A stretch of DNA of 64,000 nucleotides from Macrostomum lignano. Lineage: Eukaryota. Under the pieces are notes generated by a model. It worked only from the letters and a program-made list of their open reading frames with translations, ran no database searches and was not told the origin of the DNA. Made by a program: the position numbers and the translations under genes. The DNA is taken from positions 62,001-126,000 of the forward strand of contig NIVC01002376.1 in NCBI GenBank assembly GCA_002269645.1, given 5' to 3'. This document shows positions 39,522 through 53,819 of this stretch, in pieces; position 1 is the stretch's first letter; each line of letters opens with the position of its first letter.

Positions 39522-40895
39522 GGCAGAAACTCGCAGATTGACGGTGTTGAAGTTTAGGTTGCTATGGTCGCAAATTGATGGTTACAAAACCCAAGAAATA
39601 TTACACGGTTTAGAGAAAACTGATCCGGGCCGGCGCGCTGGCTTAAATAGGCCGGCAAACAACCAACAGTTAAAAAGGGGGAAAAGGGCTCAACCGTGGG
39701 AGCAGGCTGGCACCCCTCCTTGCACTCTATGGCGGGCGCGCACAGAATGGGGTGGGCGCATGAAATCAAAGGCAATAAAACAGATAACCGCACAGCGGGG
39801 GGCAGAACTAAATGAATCAGATGGGGCCTTTGAAGGGCTCACATTGAACAGGTTGGCGGTTAAGAAAACTAAAATAAAATCGCATAAACGGAAAGTTAAA
39901 ATAGAATAATAGAAATAATAGCAAGTTAACATATATATAAGATTCGCAAGGAGGCTTCCGTAAAGAGTTACAATGCATAGGGCTGACAAATGGCACTGGG
40001 AAGAGGAGCCAAACCGGCGGCCTACACGAATTCCCAGGCTCGAGCCAAAATTCAGACAAAGAAAGGGGGTCGAGTCCTCGAAAAAAATGCCCACCACTGA
40101 GGACAGGCCTGAAACCGGGGCTTGACCTGAGCGGGGCACAGACAGTTTGGGCCCTTAGACAGTGGGCTAGCATCCTGGAAAGAGATACCTTCAGTTTTAA
40201 TCGAACTGGAAGGCTTACAACTCGGCTGCTTTTCTGGAAAGCATAATGAAAAGGGCACTTCTGCACTTTGAGCGTGTGCAACGAAGCTTACATGAAATGG
40301 GGATGCGCAATTGAGCAATGGCTTTACTGTATCGCATCGATTAAATATTTCGCATTGGATAAATATTTGTCGCGTTGAATAAGCATGATCGCATTGGTGC
40401 GAGCTTTGGCCGGGAAGCTTAAGGATAAATAGATAGCGCATGAGTGCTGAATTATTGAAACGCATTGGATAACTAGCAAATCGCGCACTTCGCGTGGGTA
40501 CTGAAAACTGTTCAAAATATACACTGCTTTTAACCCTCAAGCATAAGGAAAGTACATTGAAATGAAACTGCTTTTGACCCTCAAGCATAAGGAGAATGTA
40601 CAATGATTGCTTTTAACCCTGAAGCATAAGGAAATAGTACAAAATTGATTGAGCGGAAAGTTACAATTGACGCCTGCTTTTATCCTGAAAGCATAAGGAG
40701 GAATTAAACGGGAAAATTACAGCAAATTGAACCGCTAAATTAGAATTCTGCTTTCAGCACAGAGCGGGTGCAGAGAAAGCTTACAGCAAATAAATAAATT
40801 AAAACACGTTCACCGGCTTGACTACTATTAGTAAGGCGCATCGTTAATTAGCAATTTAGGTGCAATATTAATGAATTTCGCTGGTAAATACCTGT

Positions 40896-41132
40896 TTAAA
40901 CCTCGATCTCCCTGCCGATGTCAGGCAGATCCGGGTCGTCTTCAGGCAGCACTTCCGGATGGCGGAGACTCGGTTCGAACAGCTGACTGCCGCGCAGCTC
41001 AGGCGAGGCTGCGGCTGGCTGCTCTGGCGCGGGCTGATCGGCGGGGTCGACTTCGCTTTCGTCACTCGACTCGAAGGGCAACATTGGCCGCTCAGTCTGG
41101 TGCGGCGGCTCCTGCGGTCGGTCTGCCATCAT
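40896..41132 (-). CDS. Short acidic/proline-rich ORF (MADRPQEPP...), unknown; possibly a gag-like N-terminus or accessory ORF
   Basis: GC-rich ORF within the element; no domain recognised. Confidence 0.3.
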   Translation of the reverse strand: MMADRPQEPPHQTERPMLPFESSDESEVDPADQPAPEQPAAASPELRGSQLFEPSLRHPEVLPEDDPDLPDIGREIEV

Positions 41133-41986
41133 CTGCGGCACCTTAATTATGTTGTTGCGATGTACCAACTGTAGTAGGGGGTTTAGTTTCAAGCAGTTTT
41201 GCTAAGGCGTTTGCCATTCGTCGGGATGAATTATTTTAGTAGCATGAAGTCTAGAATAAGCAGTTTTGCTTTTACGCTACTGTTAGTAGTTCACCATCGG
41301 GGAAATATCTGAAGTTGTGGGAATTCGAGTCTTAGCGGGTTCCTCCATTAGTAAAAGGCTGTTTAGCCTCGGAAAAGCATCCGTTCGGGACAATCAGTCT
41401 AGCATCCTGTTCAGGACCGTCCATTGGAACAACATTTATAGAGATCAAAGTCTCAAATAAGCTAAACTAAGGGAGTCTCCCCCTTTTTTAATAGAAGAAT
41501 TTATAAGAAAAGTATAAGGGTAAGTTCGGGGTAAAATAGGGAAGCTAAGAGGAGTCTACCACTTAGTTAAACGGAGTCTACCGAAAATAGGAATAAATTA
41601 GGTAAAATAAGGGAAAGACTAAAGGAGTCTACCATTTGGTCTAAAAGGAACCAGGAGTCTACCGGTTCTATTAAAATAGGAAATAATACTGCTTAATCTT
41701 TTGCATATTTTGGTTTAATAATATCATTTTTTCTGTTTGTTTATTCCAAATAACTTACATGAAATTGACTCTTGTCTCGCTTATTTTAATTTAAAACATT
41801 AACTATAAAGGGACATTAGTCTGGTGGCAGCAACCTACCAATTAAGAGTACGCAATAGCAGATTAATAGAGCGAAGTATCCTAGATCATAGGAATTATTT
41901 AGCCAACTTAAAGTAAATAGAAAAATCTTCCAAACTTAGGCCAAGCCCGGAGTCTCCCGAGCTCGGACTAATCAACTTAAAAGAAA

Positions 41987-42590
41987 TCAGTAAAACCAGT
42001 AGCTTAACCGCGAGGACACGCGATTCCACAACATTTCGGCTGGGCGTCCACGTCGGGCTGTTGCTGGCTGGATCCAATAGGCTACTTCGCCGACTTTTCT
42101 GTTGACCTTGTACATACTCTTGTACGGCCGGTGAAACTTCGGCAGCTCGCCCAACTCGAGCTTCGGGTTGGCCAGGCAGACCAGGTCTCCGGGCTGCAGT
42201 TCCACGGGCTTGGGTCGGTTCTCGTAATACTCTTCGCGGCGCTGGATCTCGGCTCGCAATCGCTGTCGCACAATCCTCTCGGTCTCGGCCAGTCTGCGCT
42301 GATGCTTTGCGATGTACTCGGGGAGGTCCGGTGATACGTCCAGGCGGTCTAGGGTGTTATCGATGGGGTACCGATAGGGCACGCCGTAGATGACGTAATG
42401 CGGCGAGAATCCTGTCGTACTGTTGACAGCTGATCGCAGGGCTGTCAAAGCGGCTGGCAGCATCTTGTCCCATTGCTGATGGTCTTCTAGGAGACAAGTG
42501 AGCACCTTCTTAATGTTTTTGTTGCACGATTCAGCTTGTCTATTGGCCCAGGGCGAGTATGGCGGCGTCGTTGTTTGTCGAATGCCATTA
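41987..42590 (-). pseudogene. Ty3/gypsy integrase C-terminal fragment
   Basis: GIRQTTTPPYSPWANRQAESCNKNIKKVL...WDKMLPAALTALRSAVNSTTGFSPHYVIYG...LQPGDLV...KFHRPY...YKV. Confidence 0.9.
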
Positions 42591-42692
42591 TTGGGACATC
42601 ACGTGCGCCGACCATTGTCCCCTCTAAGGCAAAACCCGCTCGTCATTTGATAAAAATAGCAACAGAGTCAGACATGACTCGCAGCGGGGGTC

Positions 42693-43308
42693 TTGTTTTC
42701 AGTGGTGCAATCGATTCCCCCTATAAATGCAGCTCCTCTTATGGCTTGGCTCAGACAAGCCTTTCTGCCTTCCGGCCCTTCAGCCTGCTTTTCAGGCCGC
42801 GTTTTAAACTCTCTGCCAAAGTCTCTAAGTTCGTGTGTTGATTTCGATCTCAAGTCTAACCTTATAATTGACCTGACTTTGAGTGTACCTGCTTCTAATT
42901 GTGCCTGCTATCTATTAGCAGGACATCTTAGCTCACCCGAAGCTAGCACCATCGTTCTATCCACGACTGTGGACGCTTCTGCTCAAGAAATGCTAAATCT
43001 GCACGAAGTGCCAGTCTCTCTCTCTCTCTCTCGTCTTAGTTATTTTCTTCTACGAGCTCAGCACCCCATAGAAGGAAGCGACTCCAAGAAGCTGGTGGCA
43101 GCACTACCAACGCTACAAGTATCTGTTTCTAAGAAACCGCCAACTAGAGGTCTCCACCCAGAGCAAGGAGATCTACCAGGACACCTCACGAGAGCCGACG
43201 GTAATTCTCAAGCGGCAGCCCGTACTTCATCGGAGGCAGAGGCGCTATCAAAGACCTACCCGGCCACCTTGAGACAACCCCGAGAAAACTAACAAGCAAG
43301 AACCAACA
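42693..43308 (+). mobile_element. Probable LTR preceded by a polypurine-tract-like sequence
   Basis: gcagcggggggtct|tgttttca...; internal ctataaat TATA; tggtggcagcactacc motif at 43093; ends near aaccaaca. The right boundary is approximate. Confidence 0.55.
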
Positions 43309-44249
43309 AGCACTTCAGTTCTATCCTACGACATCGGATGCAAACTAACCGGTTGCATTTCGCTATTCCGCGGCTTTTTATTCCTATGGGCATGTTCTAC
43401 GCTGTCAATTTGAAATGGTATACACTCTGTTTACTCAGTCGGCCTGACAGATGGTGAGAGCGTAGAGCGAATCTGGCAACGTTTCGACGTTTTGGCCCTC
43501 AGTTGAAAGAGATAGCTTACGATAACCGTGGTGAAATTTTGAACTATTTTGCTATGTATACGCTCGTATCATAGGTACCAGAAATTGCGTTAAAAAGTTG
43601 AAACCCAACGAAATGAAACGGTAGAGAGCAAGATAAAAAACTAAAAACTTAACCGATGTACTTAAATTAAAATCTTACTTTAGCTACCTGGCTGATCGGC
43701 CGAAAAGCCGTGGAGAAAAAGGCAATAGAGGAGTTCCAAGCAGAGCTTTCAGCTTTTCGACTCCAGAACAATCTTTAACTAAGCTTTTGATGGTGCACTT
43801 TACATAGGAATTTAAATTAATTTACTCTGCGAGTAGTTATTAGAGGGAACTAGAGCTCGTTTAGAGGGTCTGGGTACCATTTGGGAAAGTAATTTTTGCC
43901 TGATGCGACTCCTACATATCATGCTCTTGCGCTGACAGCGACCACCCCTCCGGAGTCCAGGATGATGCGCGGCTCGTCCTCTCCTCGCCCGGCGTTCGGA
44001 GATGCCTCCTGGCGAGCTAGCCCCCCACAACAACAGCAGTAGGCCTGAGGAATAATCCTTGAGGGAGCAATCCTGGCGCTTCCAGACCGACCTCCACGCG
44101 GTGCGCCCTGGCCCTGAAGGCATCAGTCAGAGGGGACGAACAGGTCTGGGACTACAAACTGAGACAGCGAAGCGAGCGAAGAGAGCCATCATGATGAATG
44201 CGACCTGGAAGATTAGCTGTGGAGGCAGCTGGCCAAAGCCAGTGACGTT

Positions 44250-44680
44250 GAGAGGAACCGAACGGCACGTGCCCGTACTGCGTTGGCCAGCTCAGGGCCA
44301 ACCGGGTCAAGTGCTGCAAATGCGGAGCCGAAGCCCAACTCGGCTGCTTAGGCCGGTCAAGAGGAGAAACGAACCGCTGCGTAGCCTGTGAGTTAGAGTG
44401 GCAGTGCAACAGATGTCAAACCACTGAGCTAAGGGAGTGCAGCCGGTGCCAGACCGAGCTCCGTGCAAACTCGAAAGCTCTAAGTTGCACAGACTGTCAT
44501 AGAAGGTTCCACAGAAATTGCGCTAGCCTCAGCCGCAGCAAGGTCAAAATAATCGGGGACGAAAACTATGGACCTGTCGGTTATGCACCAGAAATGGCCT
44601 GCCGAGGCACCAACATAATTGGCTCTGAAGTACTTACTCAGACCAGACTCAATTCAGAGGCAATTTAATACTTGTTGATG
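44250..44680 (+). pseudogene. Tandem PHD-finger ORF fragment (LINE ORF1-like), copy 1
   Basis: CPYC..VKCCKC...LGC...CVAC, then CSRC..LSCTDCHRRFHRNC.../WTCRLC with a frameshift. PHD fingers are known from CR1/L2-type LINE ORF1s. Confidence 0.7.
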
Positions 44681-44759
44681 CGCTTTGGGAGCGTGGGATT
44701 ACGCAGACCATGATGCAGGCAATTCAGCTCGGCAACAGTGAGTTGGCGTCTAGAAATGA

Positions 44760-45273
44760 GTCGAGGAATGAGTCTAGACGCTGCGATGAAGATCACTACG
44801 CGAGAGGGAAGAGGATTGCAAACAAAATCCGCTGGTGTGATCAGTACGACTGATGAGGAGAAGCTGTGGGATACCGTGCTCGGTGATGACACACCTAAGA
44901 AGTTGCTGAGAACTCTTTTATTTAAATGGGCTCCATTTTGCCCTTCGAGGTGGTGAAGAACACGCTGGTCTTACTACTGATCAGTTGTCAGTTGAGATTC
45001 GAAGCGGCAAGAAGTGCCTGGTGTACAGAGAAAAACATTCCAAGACCAATAATGGAGGCCTCGCAATTTGAGTGAAGCCGAAGGAAGTAGTGCACTTCGA
45101 ATCAACTGATCCTGGCAGGTGCCATGTCCGGCTATTTGAGGACTATATGACCAAGCGTCCGGTTGGAGCGAAACGCTTCTAATTGCAGGCCTGTGCGAAA
45201 CCTGGTAGGTTGTGGTTTTGCAACCGCCCCGTTGGTAAAAACACGTTGTCCAGTTCATGGCCGAGATGTGGTT
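44760..45273 (+). pseudogene. Crypton-type tyrosine recombinase (DUF3504-like) fragment
   Basis: LDAAMK...TKSAGVISTTDEEKLWDTVLGDDTPKKLLRTLLF/NGLHFALRGGEEH...VYREKHSKTNNGGL...RCHVRLFEDYMTKRP...WFCNRPVGKNTL, with one frameshift and two stops; cut by the LTR at 45274. Confidence 0.85.
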
Positions 45274-46156
45274 TGTTAGAATTTTTCCTCAGAACCGCCT
45301 CGTGAGGACTTGTCGAGAGCCTTCTCCAAGTCTAGCGCTCTAGCGCCGGTTAACAGCGAAGCAAAAGCTCCTGAGCAGGTCTTGGTAGAGCTATAAGCAT
45401 CGCTAAGCAGACGCAAGCTCCTGAGCTGGTCTTGGTAGAGCATTGCGGCGCTAAAGCAGAAAGCACGCTCCTGAGCAGGTCTTGGTCTCGAGCAGGTCTC
45501 GAGCATTGCTAGTGCTATAGCTCTGGTTTTTCAGCCTACCCTATTGGCAGGAAATCAGTTGGCTAAAGCCATTCTGCTGTTGTCTATTCACGACACAGGC
45601 GCGAATAAGAGTGAGAGTGAGTGTGCAGTCGCAGCACTCGTGCGCGATTCTAAGAAATAGTTGATAGCTTAGTTAGCGTGAGTCTATTGCTGCTTCAGGC
45701 GCATAGACCTATTTCATCGCCGCCCATCTGCGCGAGACTAGTTAGCGTGAGTCTATTGCTGCTTCAGGCGCATAGACCTATTCCTCGCCGCCCATCTTCG
45801 CGAGTCGAAGCTATTAGGTTAGTAGGAGTTAGGGGTCCTCTGAGAGCTAAACTCAGACACGCTCAAGCGCGGACATTGTCAGTGCCAGGACTGCGCCGCT
45901 TAGGCCATTTGCTACCATTGACTCCTGCCACTTGGACATTAAAATAGCAGAGACTAGTTGTTCTAGTGTTATTAATTTGCGTGGAGCCCAAACAGACCCC
46001 TTCATTGCAGATTCTGCGGTTCCCACGCTGTTGGCAGCACTACCCTTAATTTTAGAAGTCTCCCTATCCCCGCTCCCAGAAATATATACGCTAAAATTGC
46101 CTCGGCCAACAGCAGTCCACCTCATTCAATTCAGGGCAAGAAAGAGAGTTATAACA
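45274..46156 (+). mobile_element. LTR (TG...ACA), same family as 51012-51809
   Basis: Long similarity to 51012-51809; starts tgttagaa and ends tataaca; no matching TSD seen. Confidence 0.8.
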
Positions 46157-47034
46157 TATAGTATAGACTATAGTCTATAATTTTTTGTTTTTTTATGTAC
46201 TCTATAAACTAGGCCTAAGTCTAAACTAAGAATTTTTATGCTGGTTACATGACCCTCACTAAGTAAGTGAGTTTACTCTAAAGATGAAAGTCCTTAGCGT
46301 ATGCCTATATTTTAGTTTTGGGTTGTAAAATTGGATTTTAACTGCCTACTAGAGTAAGAATCATTAAATTAAGTTTCACTGATTACAAGGGCTAGTAGGG
46401 CCAAACTAGAAATGAATTTGATCTTAATCTATACTATAGAATAAGTCTAATGATAATAGTTAGTTATATTGGTCATTGTAGAATTTTTTATACTATCAGT
46501 AAATAGATAGCCTAGTTAGAAATTATATGCTTGATGAATTTAATATATAGCCAAGGGCAAAGGGCAGGGTCATTGCTAAGTCATTTACTATGTAGCCTTA
46601 TTCTAGAATATGAGTTTTAATAGGCATATGATTAATATGAAGTTCTTTTCTTTTACCTCTCTCTAATAAAAAACTGTATTAATTCTTTTAAGCTCAACAG
46701 ACCGATTTATTTATTGCTGCAAAAACATTGTCTTTCCTCACTATAATCCTAAAATGCATTAGCTCAAATTAATTCATTAAAAAATAAAAAGTATGCATAA
46801 ACTCAAATTAGTTCATTAAAAATAAATATTATCCCAAGTCTTGCTAAAACTGTTGTCGATTAAATATTTTATTGATGAAGTGGTTGGTTGCAAATGGCAT
46901 AAGTTGGTTTTGTTTTCCGAACTTGTTCGTTATTTTCTAATGGGCAAGCGTGTATTTATGTGCATGAGGGAAATCAATAAACAGAGTACTCTTCTATAAA
47001 ACAAAAATCAATGCAGTATATTACTCGTATGTAT

Positions 47035-47301
47035 TACTATACTTTTTCAAGCTCGACTTTGGCAAAAGTGACTTCAATTTTGGCAGCCCATAGAAAAAGC
47101 ATACACCTGCCAGCAACATGTCTATGGTCAACTGTGATGGAATCGGTAGATTCGCTCACTTTTGCCAAAGTTGAATGCACGCTTTAACCGATTCTACCAC
47201 AGTTGACCATAGACATGTTGCTGGCAGGCGTATGCTTTTTCTAGGGGCTGCCACAATTGAAGTCACTTTTGCCAAAGTCGAGCTTGAAAAGGTATAGTAG
47301 T
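47035..47301. mobile_element. Near-perfect ~265-bp palindromic MITE
   Basis: tactatactttttcaagctcgactttggcaaaagtgac...gtcacttttgccaaagtcgagcttgaaaaggtatagta; arms about 110 bp. Confidence 0.85.
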
Positions 47302-48164
47302 AGCAAGATAAAAAGCAAAATTGCAATCAGAATTGCTTAAGCAAATTGTAATTTGATTGCCACTCCTCTTGTGATAATTGCAGTTTAAATGTCACAATTG
47401 CAATCTAATTGTAATCTGCTTGTCGAGATTGCAATTTAATTATAATTTGCTTATCAAGATTGATAATCAATTGCCAATGAATTTGCAATAATTGCAAACT
47501 TCGTCGACATCGGATGCGGTAGTGTTGGTGAACTTGTAAACTGGTACAGTGAAAAATATTCACAGACGGCGTGTGGCTTTGGCTCACGGATTCAGTGGCC
47601 GGAGTCGGCATCACCAGTCAACCGAGTTTGCCAGGCAAGGCCAAAGCCGGCGGCACGAAGCATTGACAGTGGCCGAAATCAGGCGGATGCTCACACAGGG
47701 CAATCATGTCGACGCCGTACTGAAGCAGTGGCAATGGTACTTGGCATCATCGCGCGTATTGCCCATCAAACAGCCGCCGCATCGGCCGCCTATGGACTCT
47801 GGACCAGAAAGCTACCTCACCGCTACCCAGTCGAAACACTCGACGGCCAGTGGCGTAGCCAGGAATTTCAATTGGGAAGGGGGGCAAGTTGGCCTGGCTG
47901 GCCATGCCTCATGCCATTGCCTGTTGCCAATGCCATTGCCACTTTGCTCATACACCAGCGCCACGCGGCGCGGCATGCCACACCATAGTGATGGCCAATG
48001 GCCAAATCCCAATGTTATGTTAAATGTGCATAGTGCATAATGGTATTGCATTGCATCATGGTTCCTTGTTCTTTCCAGTTTTGTATCATTTCTTTTCCAT
48101 AATTGTTATTCTACTTGAGTTTCTTTTTCGCACCAAGCCACCAATTCAAGTCGAAAACATTAAC

Positions 48165-49538
<1,374 letters not shown>

Positions 49539-49964
49539 TTTGCTTATTAACCAACTCTGTTTTCACACCACTTTGTACAACTACTTGTGTTGTTTGATTT
49601 GAAATAAACGCTTGAAACTGCTAATAATATTTGTTCGCCAGCAGTTTCTTTTACAAGGGGGGGGGGCAAATGGAACTTAAACCGAGGGACTCTTACATCC
49701 GCCAGCTTTTCGCTTTTCGATGAGGCTTTTCCCCCTCCTTTTTCGCTCTGGCCTGGCGCGGAAGCGGTTAGCTTTCTCGTCTTGGTCTGCTGGTGGAGGA
49801 TCCCCCCTGCTGCTTTTTTGCAGGGCAGGTGGCTGCTAAGTAGTTGGCTGCTGGAAAAGCGCCAACTACCCATCGACAGCCCATAGTTGCAACTGGTACC
49901 ACACGGGTTCTCGAGGGCCGCTCCTGTGGGGGAGGGCTCGGGCGTCGGCTGTCAACCCGACCTG

Positions 49965-50362
49965 GCTCAGGGCCAACCGGGTCAAGTGCTGCAAATGCGG
50001 AGCCGAAGCCCAACTCGGCTGCTTAGGCCGGTCAAGAGGAGAAACGAACCGCTGCGTAGCCTGTGAGTTAGAGTGGCAGTGCAACAGATGTCAACCCACT
50101 GAGCTAAGGGAGTGCAGCCAGTGCCAGACCGAGCTCCGTGCAAACTCGAAAGCTCTAAGTTGCACAGACTGTCATAGAAGGTTCCACAGAAAGTGCGCTA
50201 GCCTCAGCCGCAGCAAGGTCAAAATAATCGGGGACGAAAACTATGGACCTGTCGGTTATGCACCAGAAATGGCCTGCCGAGGCACCAACATAATTGGCTC
50301 TGAAGTACTTACTCAGACCAGACTCAATTCAGAGGCAATTTGGTACTTGTTGATGCGCTTTG
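49965..50362 (+). pseudogene. PHD-finger ORF fragment, copy 2
   Basis: Near-identical to 44311-44680. Confidence 0.75.
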
Positions 50363-51011
50363 TGATGTGGCCGCAGCCTTCTGCTGCAAGCATAGGGCCG
50401 CAGTCACATCTTAGGCACTCTGTCCGCTGCTAGTATCTGGAATAGGAATTTTCTGCTGCCTCCATGCACTCTAAGCAGCCTTCCTTGGCGCTCAGAAGTT
50501 GCACAATATGGCGCAATCTTTAACATAGGAAATTAGGAAGTTTGCCTAGCCTAGGGTTAGTTAGTGGAAGCCGCCAAATTTGGCGCTTGCCTGTACTGTT
50601 GTTGCCTGGCCTGCCGCGTACAATCGCTCAGTGTACGCAAGTCTAGTTAGCCGCACTCCTCCCCGTGCGCTCTCTGGACTCTTCCCCCTTCTGCTCTCTC
50701 GTTCCTCCTGCGTCCGAGCCTCTCCCCTGCGTCATTCTATTTTTAGACTGAGGGTTTCGCGGACCCCGTGTCCCGAGCTGAACCCTCCCTCACGTGCAGC
50801 CTTGTGCGCACAAGCCCAAATTTGGCATGCTGTTGTCACTGTAGCTTGAGGCGACTGTCGGCGCTTCGTACAAGCTACTCTCCCCCCATGTTTAATCAAT
50901 ATCTGTTGTGCATCATTATCCGCACTTTTCGGGCTACAGTTCCATGGTCAAGCCACGGAATGCCCAAATGCTCCACCCTCCGCGTTCTATATTAACGAAT
51001 GCAGGCCCGCT

Positions 51012-53354
51012 TGTCTGAATTTTTTCCTCAGAACCGTTTTGACCGCTGGTCAGACTTGTCGAGAGCTTTCTCCAAGTCTAGCGCTCTAGCGCCGGTTAAC
51101 AGCGAAGCAAAAGCTCCTGAGCAGGTCTTGGTAGAGCTTTGAGCATCGCTAAGCAGCTGCAAGCTTGGTCTTGGTAGAGCATTGCAGCGCTCAAGCAGAA
51201 AGCACGCTCCTGAGCAGGTCTTGGTAGAGCATTGCTAGTGCTATAGCTCTGGTTTCCCAGCCTAACCCTATTGGCAGGAAATCAGTTGGTGAAGCCATTC
51301 TGCTAGTGTCTATTCGCGACACAGGCGCGAATAAGAGTGAGAGTGAGTGTGCAGTCGCAGCACTCGTGCGCGATTCTAAGAATAGCTGTTAGTTTATAGG
51401 CCTAGAGTCTATTGCTGCCGCAGGCGCATAGACCTTTCCTCGCCGCCCATCCGCGCGAAACGTAGCTATTAGGTTAGTAGGAGTTAGGGGTCCTCTGAGA
51501 GCTAAACTCAGACACGCTCAAGCGCGGACATTGTCAGTGCCAGGACTGCGCCGCTCAGGCCATTTGCTACCATTGAGTCCTGTCACTTGGACATTGAAAT
51601 ATCTGAGACTAGTTGTTCTAGCGTTATTTATTTGCGTGGAGCCCAAACAGACCCCTTCATTGCGGATCCTACGGTTCCCACGCTGTTGGCAGCACTACCC
51701 TTGATCTTAGATTTCTCCCCAGTCTCAACCCCCATAAAAGTGTTCGCTAAGGTTGTCCGGGACGACAGCAGTCCACCCCACCCCAGAATCCAGAGAGCCA
51801 AGTATAACACTGGTGATAGCGGTGGGATTTCAAGATCTACAGACCCGAGCCAAAGCAACCAGAAGCGAGGGCACTTTATTGGTGGCAGCGGTGGGATTAC
51901 GATACCGACTCCAACTCCAGACCAAATAGTTAGGAAGTTTAGTAGTGAAGCAGCTGTTGGGAATACCATACCAATAAGCGCTCAAGAGGGAATAGCATCC
52001 TATCAGTTAGTAGATAGATTCCCTAGTATATCAGCTATTAGTATTAGACGCGCGAAGCTCGCTGCAAGTTAGAATCAGTTAAATTCTCGCCTTATAAAAG
52101 TGAGAATGTCATTGAACCGATCCCGTTCGTTAGAGAGTGGTTCAGAGCAAATTCCGAATGCGAACAGGGGCGCAGCCGCCGCTGCAGCCGCCTCTTCATG
52201 CGCTAGCCTGATGGTGGCATATTTGGAGCAGACGCAGACTTCATTAGAGGTCTTGGCGCAGGCGTAAATGCTAACCTGCTGCAAAACCTGCTCGTAAATA
52301 TGAACAGGCAGATGAATTTGCAGACTAAAAAGCAGATTAAAATCGCCAAGTACAAGTCATCAATGGACATTCGAATTTGGCTCGAAATGTTTGAGATGAA
52401 GTGCGAGAGAGAAGAAGTCTACGACATGAGAGAGAGGAAAGCTTTAATCATGGATAGCCTAGATATGGAGACTGCCCTCGCCGCAGTTCTGCATATGAAG
52501 CTACCCCATGACCTTCCTTATCACAGCTTTAGGGAGCAGCTCATTGAGCGCTTCGAGAAGCTTAGCGGACCAAACGCCTATAGGGAAGAGTTTCGCTCTC
52601 GATTACAGCGAAAGAATGAGTCAGTTGATGACTATGCTGAAACGCTTCAGGCACTCGGAGAACAAGCATACCCGAACCTGAGAGCTGACCAAATTGAGAT
52701 AGAGCTCGTAGATGCTTTCACCCGCGGTGTACGCATAAGCCCTGACACCGCGAGAAGCTTCTACTGATGCAACCGGCTACGATTATGGAGGCAAAGCGTG
52801 CGCTCAAGCGCATAGAGGCTGCGCGAGAGTTCGCCAATCGAACTCGTGACGCGCCCGTCAGGATGATGCAAGATGACTCGCGATCATCAGAGCATTCCAT
52901 CCCCAAAGGCCTCCAAGAGTTGATGACAAGGCAGACAGCCGCGCTGGAACGCCAGCAGCAGGCTACGCAGCAGCTGCTTGAGCTTGTAAGCTCGCAAAGC
53001 GCGTGTCCGCCAGGACAACAGCAGCCGAGAGCTGCGCATCACCACCAGTCCCGCTGGTCGAGCAACGTCGAGATTCCGAGATATCGTCAGCGTGCAACAT
53101 GCTACGGCTGTGGCCAGGAAGGCCATCTTCTCGGACAATGCCAGCGCTACAAAGAGCAGCAAGCGCTCGGAAAGCGCTATTCGTGTGAACGCTGCGGAGA
53201 GTCAGGACATGCTGTCCAAGACTGTCCCGCGCGTGGTATTGATCGACAGTACAAGAAGAAAGTTTCGGGAAACGGCGCCGCAGGCGGTTGCGACGGCAAC
53301 AACCCCTGCGTCAACAGCCATGAGCCCGTAGCCAAGAACACCCGGCGACAGTAA
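51012..53354 (+). mobile_element. 5' part of a Ty3/gypsy-type LTR retrotransposon (LTR, tRNA-Leu PBS, gag)
   Basis: LTR 51012-51809; PBS tggtgatagcggtgggat at 51811 and tggtggcagcggtgggat at 51880, complementary to the tRNA-Leu 3' end; gag follows; pol is absent. Confidence 0.88.
52300..53354 (+). CDS. gag, split into two ORFs at TGATG 52765-52769, with two CCHC zinc knuckles
   Basis: WLEMFE...FRSRLQRKNESVDDYAETL (capsid-like); CYGCGQEGHLLGQC and CERCGESGHAVQDC. Confidence 0.88.
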
Positions 53355-53819
53355 GCTTCGCTGGAGGAGAGGAGGCACGACGCTCAGATCAACAGGACTT
53401 GAGTGAGATCGGTGCCAATTTTGTTCCTAAGAAGCAAAGACCCTAGGATATACCATGCTCGCCAATTTTAGCATCAATTTTACGCATCTATTGGCTTCTA
53501 TTATGGGGGTTGGTTTTCGCTGCTCTGTATTGGCCGATGACAAGGTCATTTGTATACAGTCTAGGGTCATCCCCGTTTATATTTAACTCGTTGGTATCGA
53601 AATAGTAAGCGTGGGGGGTAGCCCGCTAACTGATAAAAACGCGCGCGCGCAAGCATCAATCGAAGGCAGAATGCAAGTCAGTCAGCCAGCCAGCCAATTC
53701 TTCAATCTATGGTTAGTTAATTTAGCTATTCTCTTGCTTGCGAGTTTTGATCATTTCACGCATTTCACCCAGTCTCCGCTTCGTTTGATTGTTTCTACGT
53801 TTAATTGGATTGGATGGTC

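Noticed and set aside
47848-47900. hAT-like terminus cagtggcgtagccagg
   Set aside because: No partner end or TSD found, so it cannot be delimited as a feature.
51811-51897. tRNA gene
   Set aside because: Only 18-nt complements of a tRNA 3' end (PBS); no cloverleaf here or noticed elsewhere in the window.
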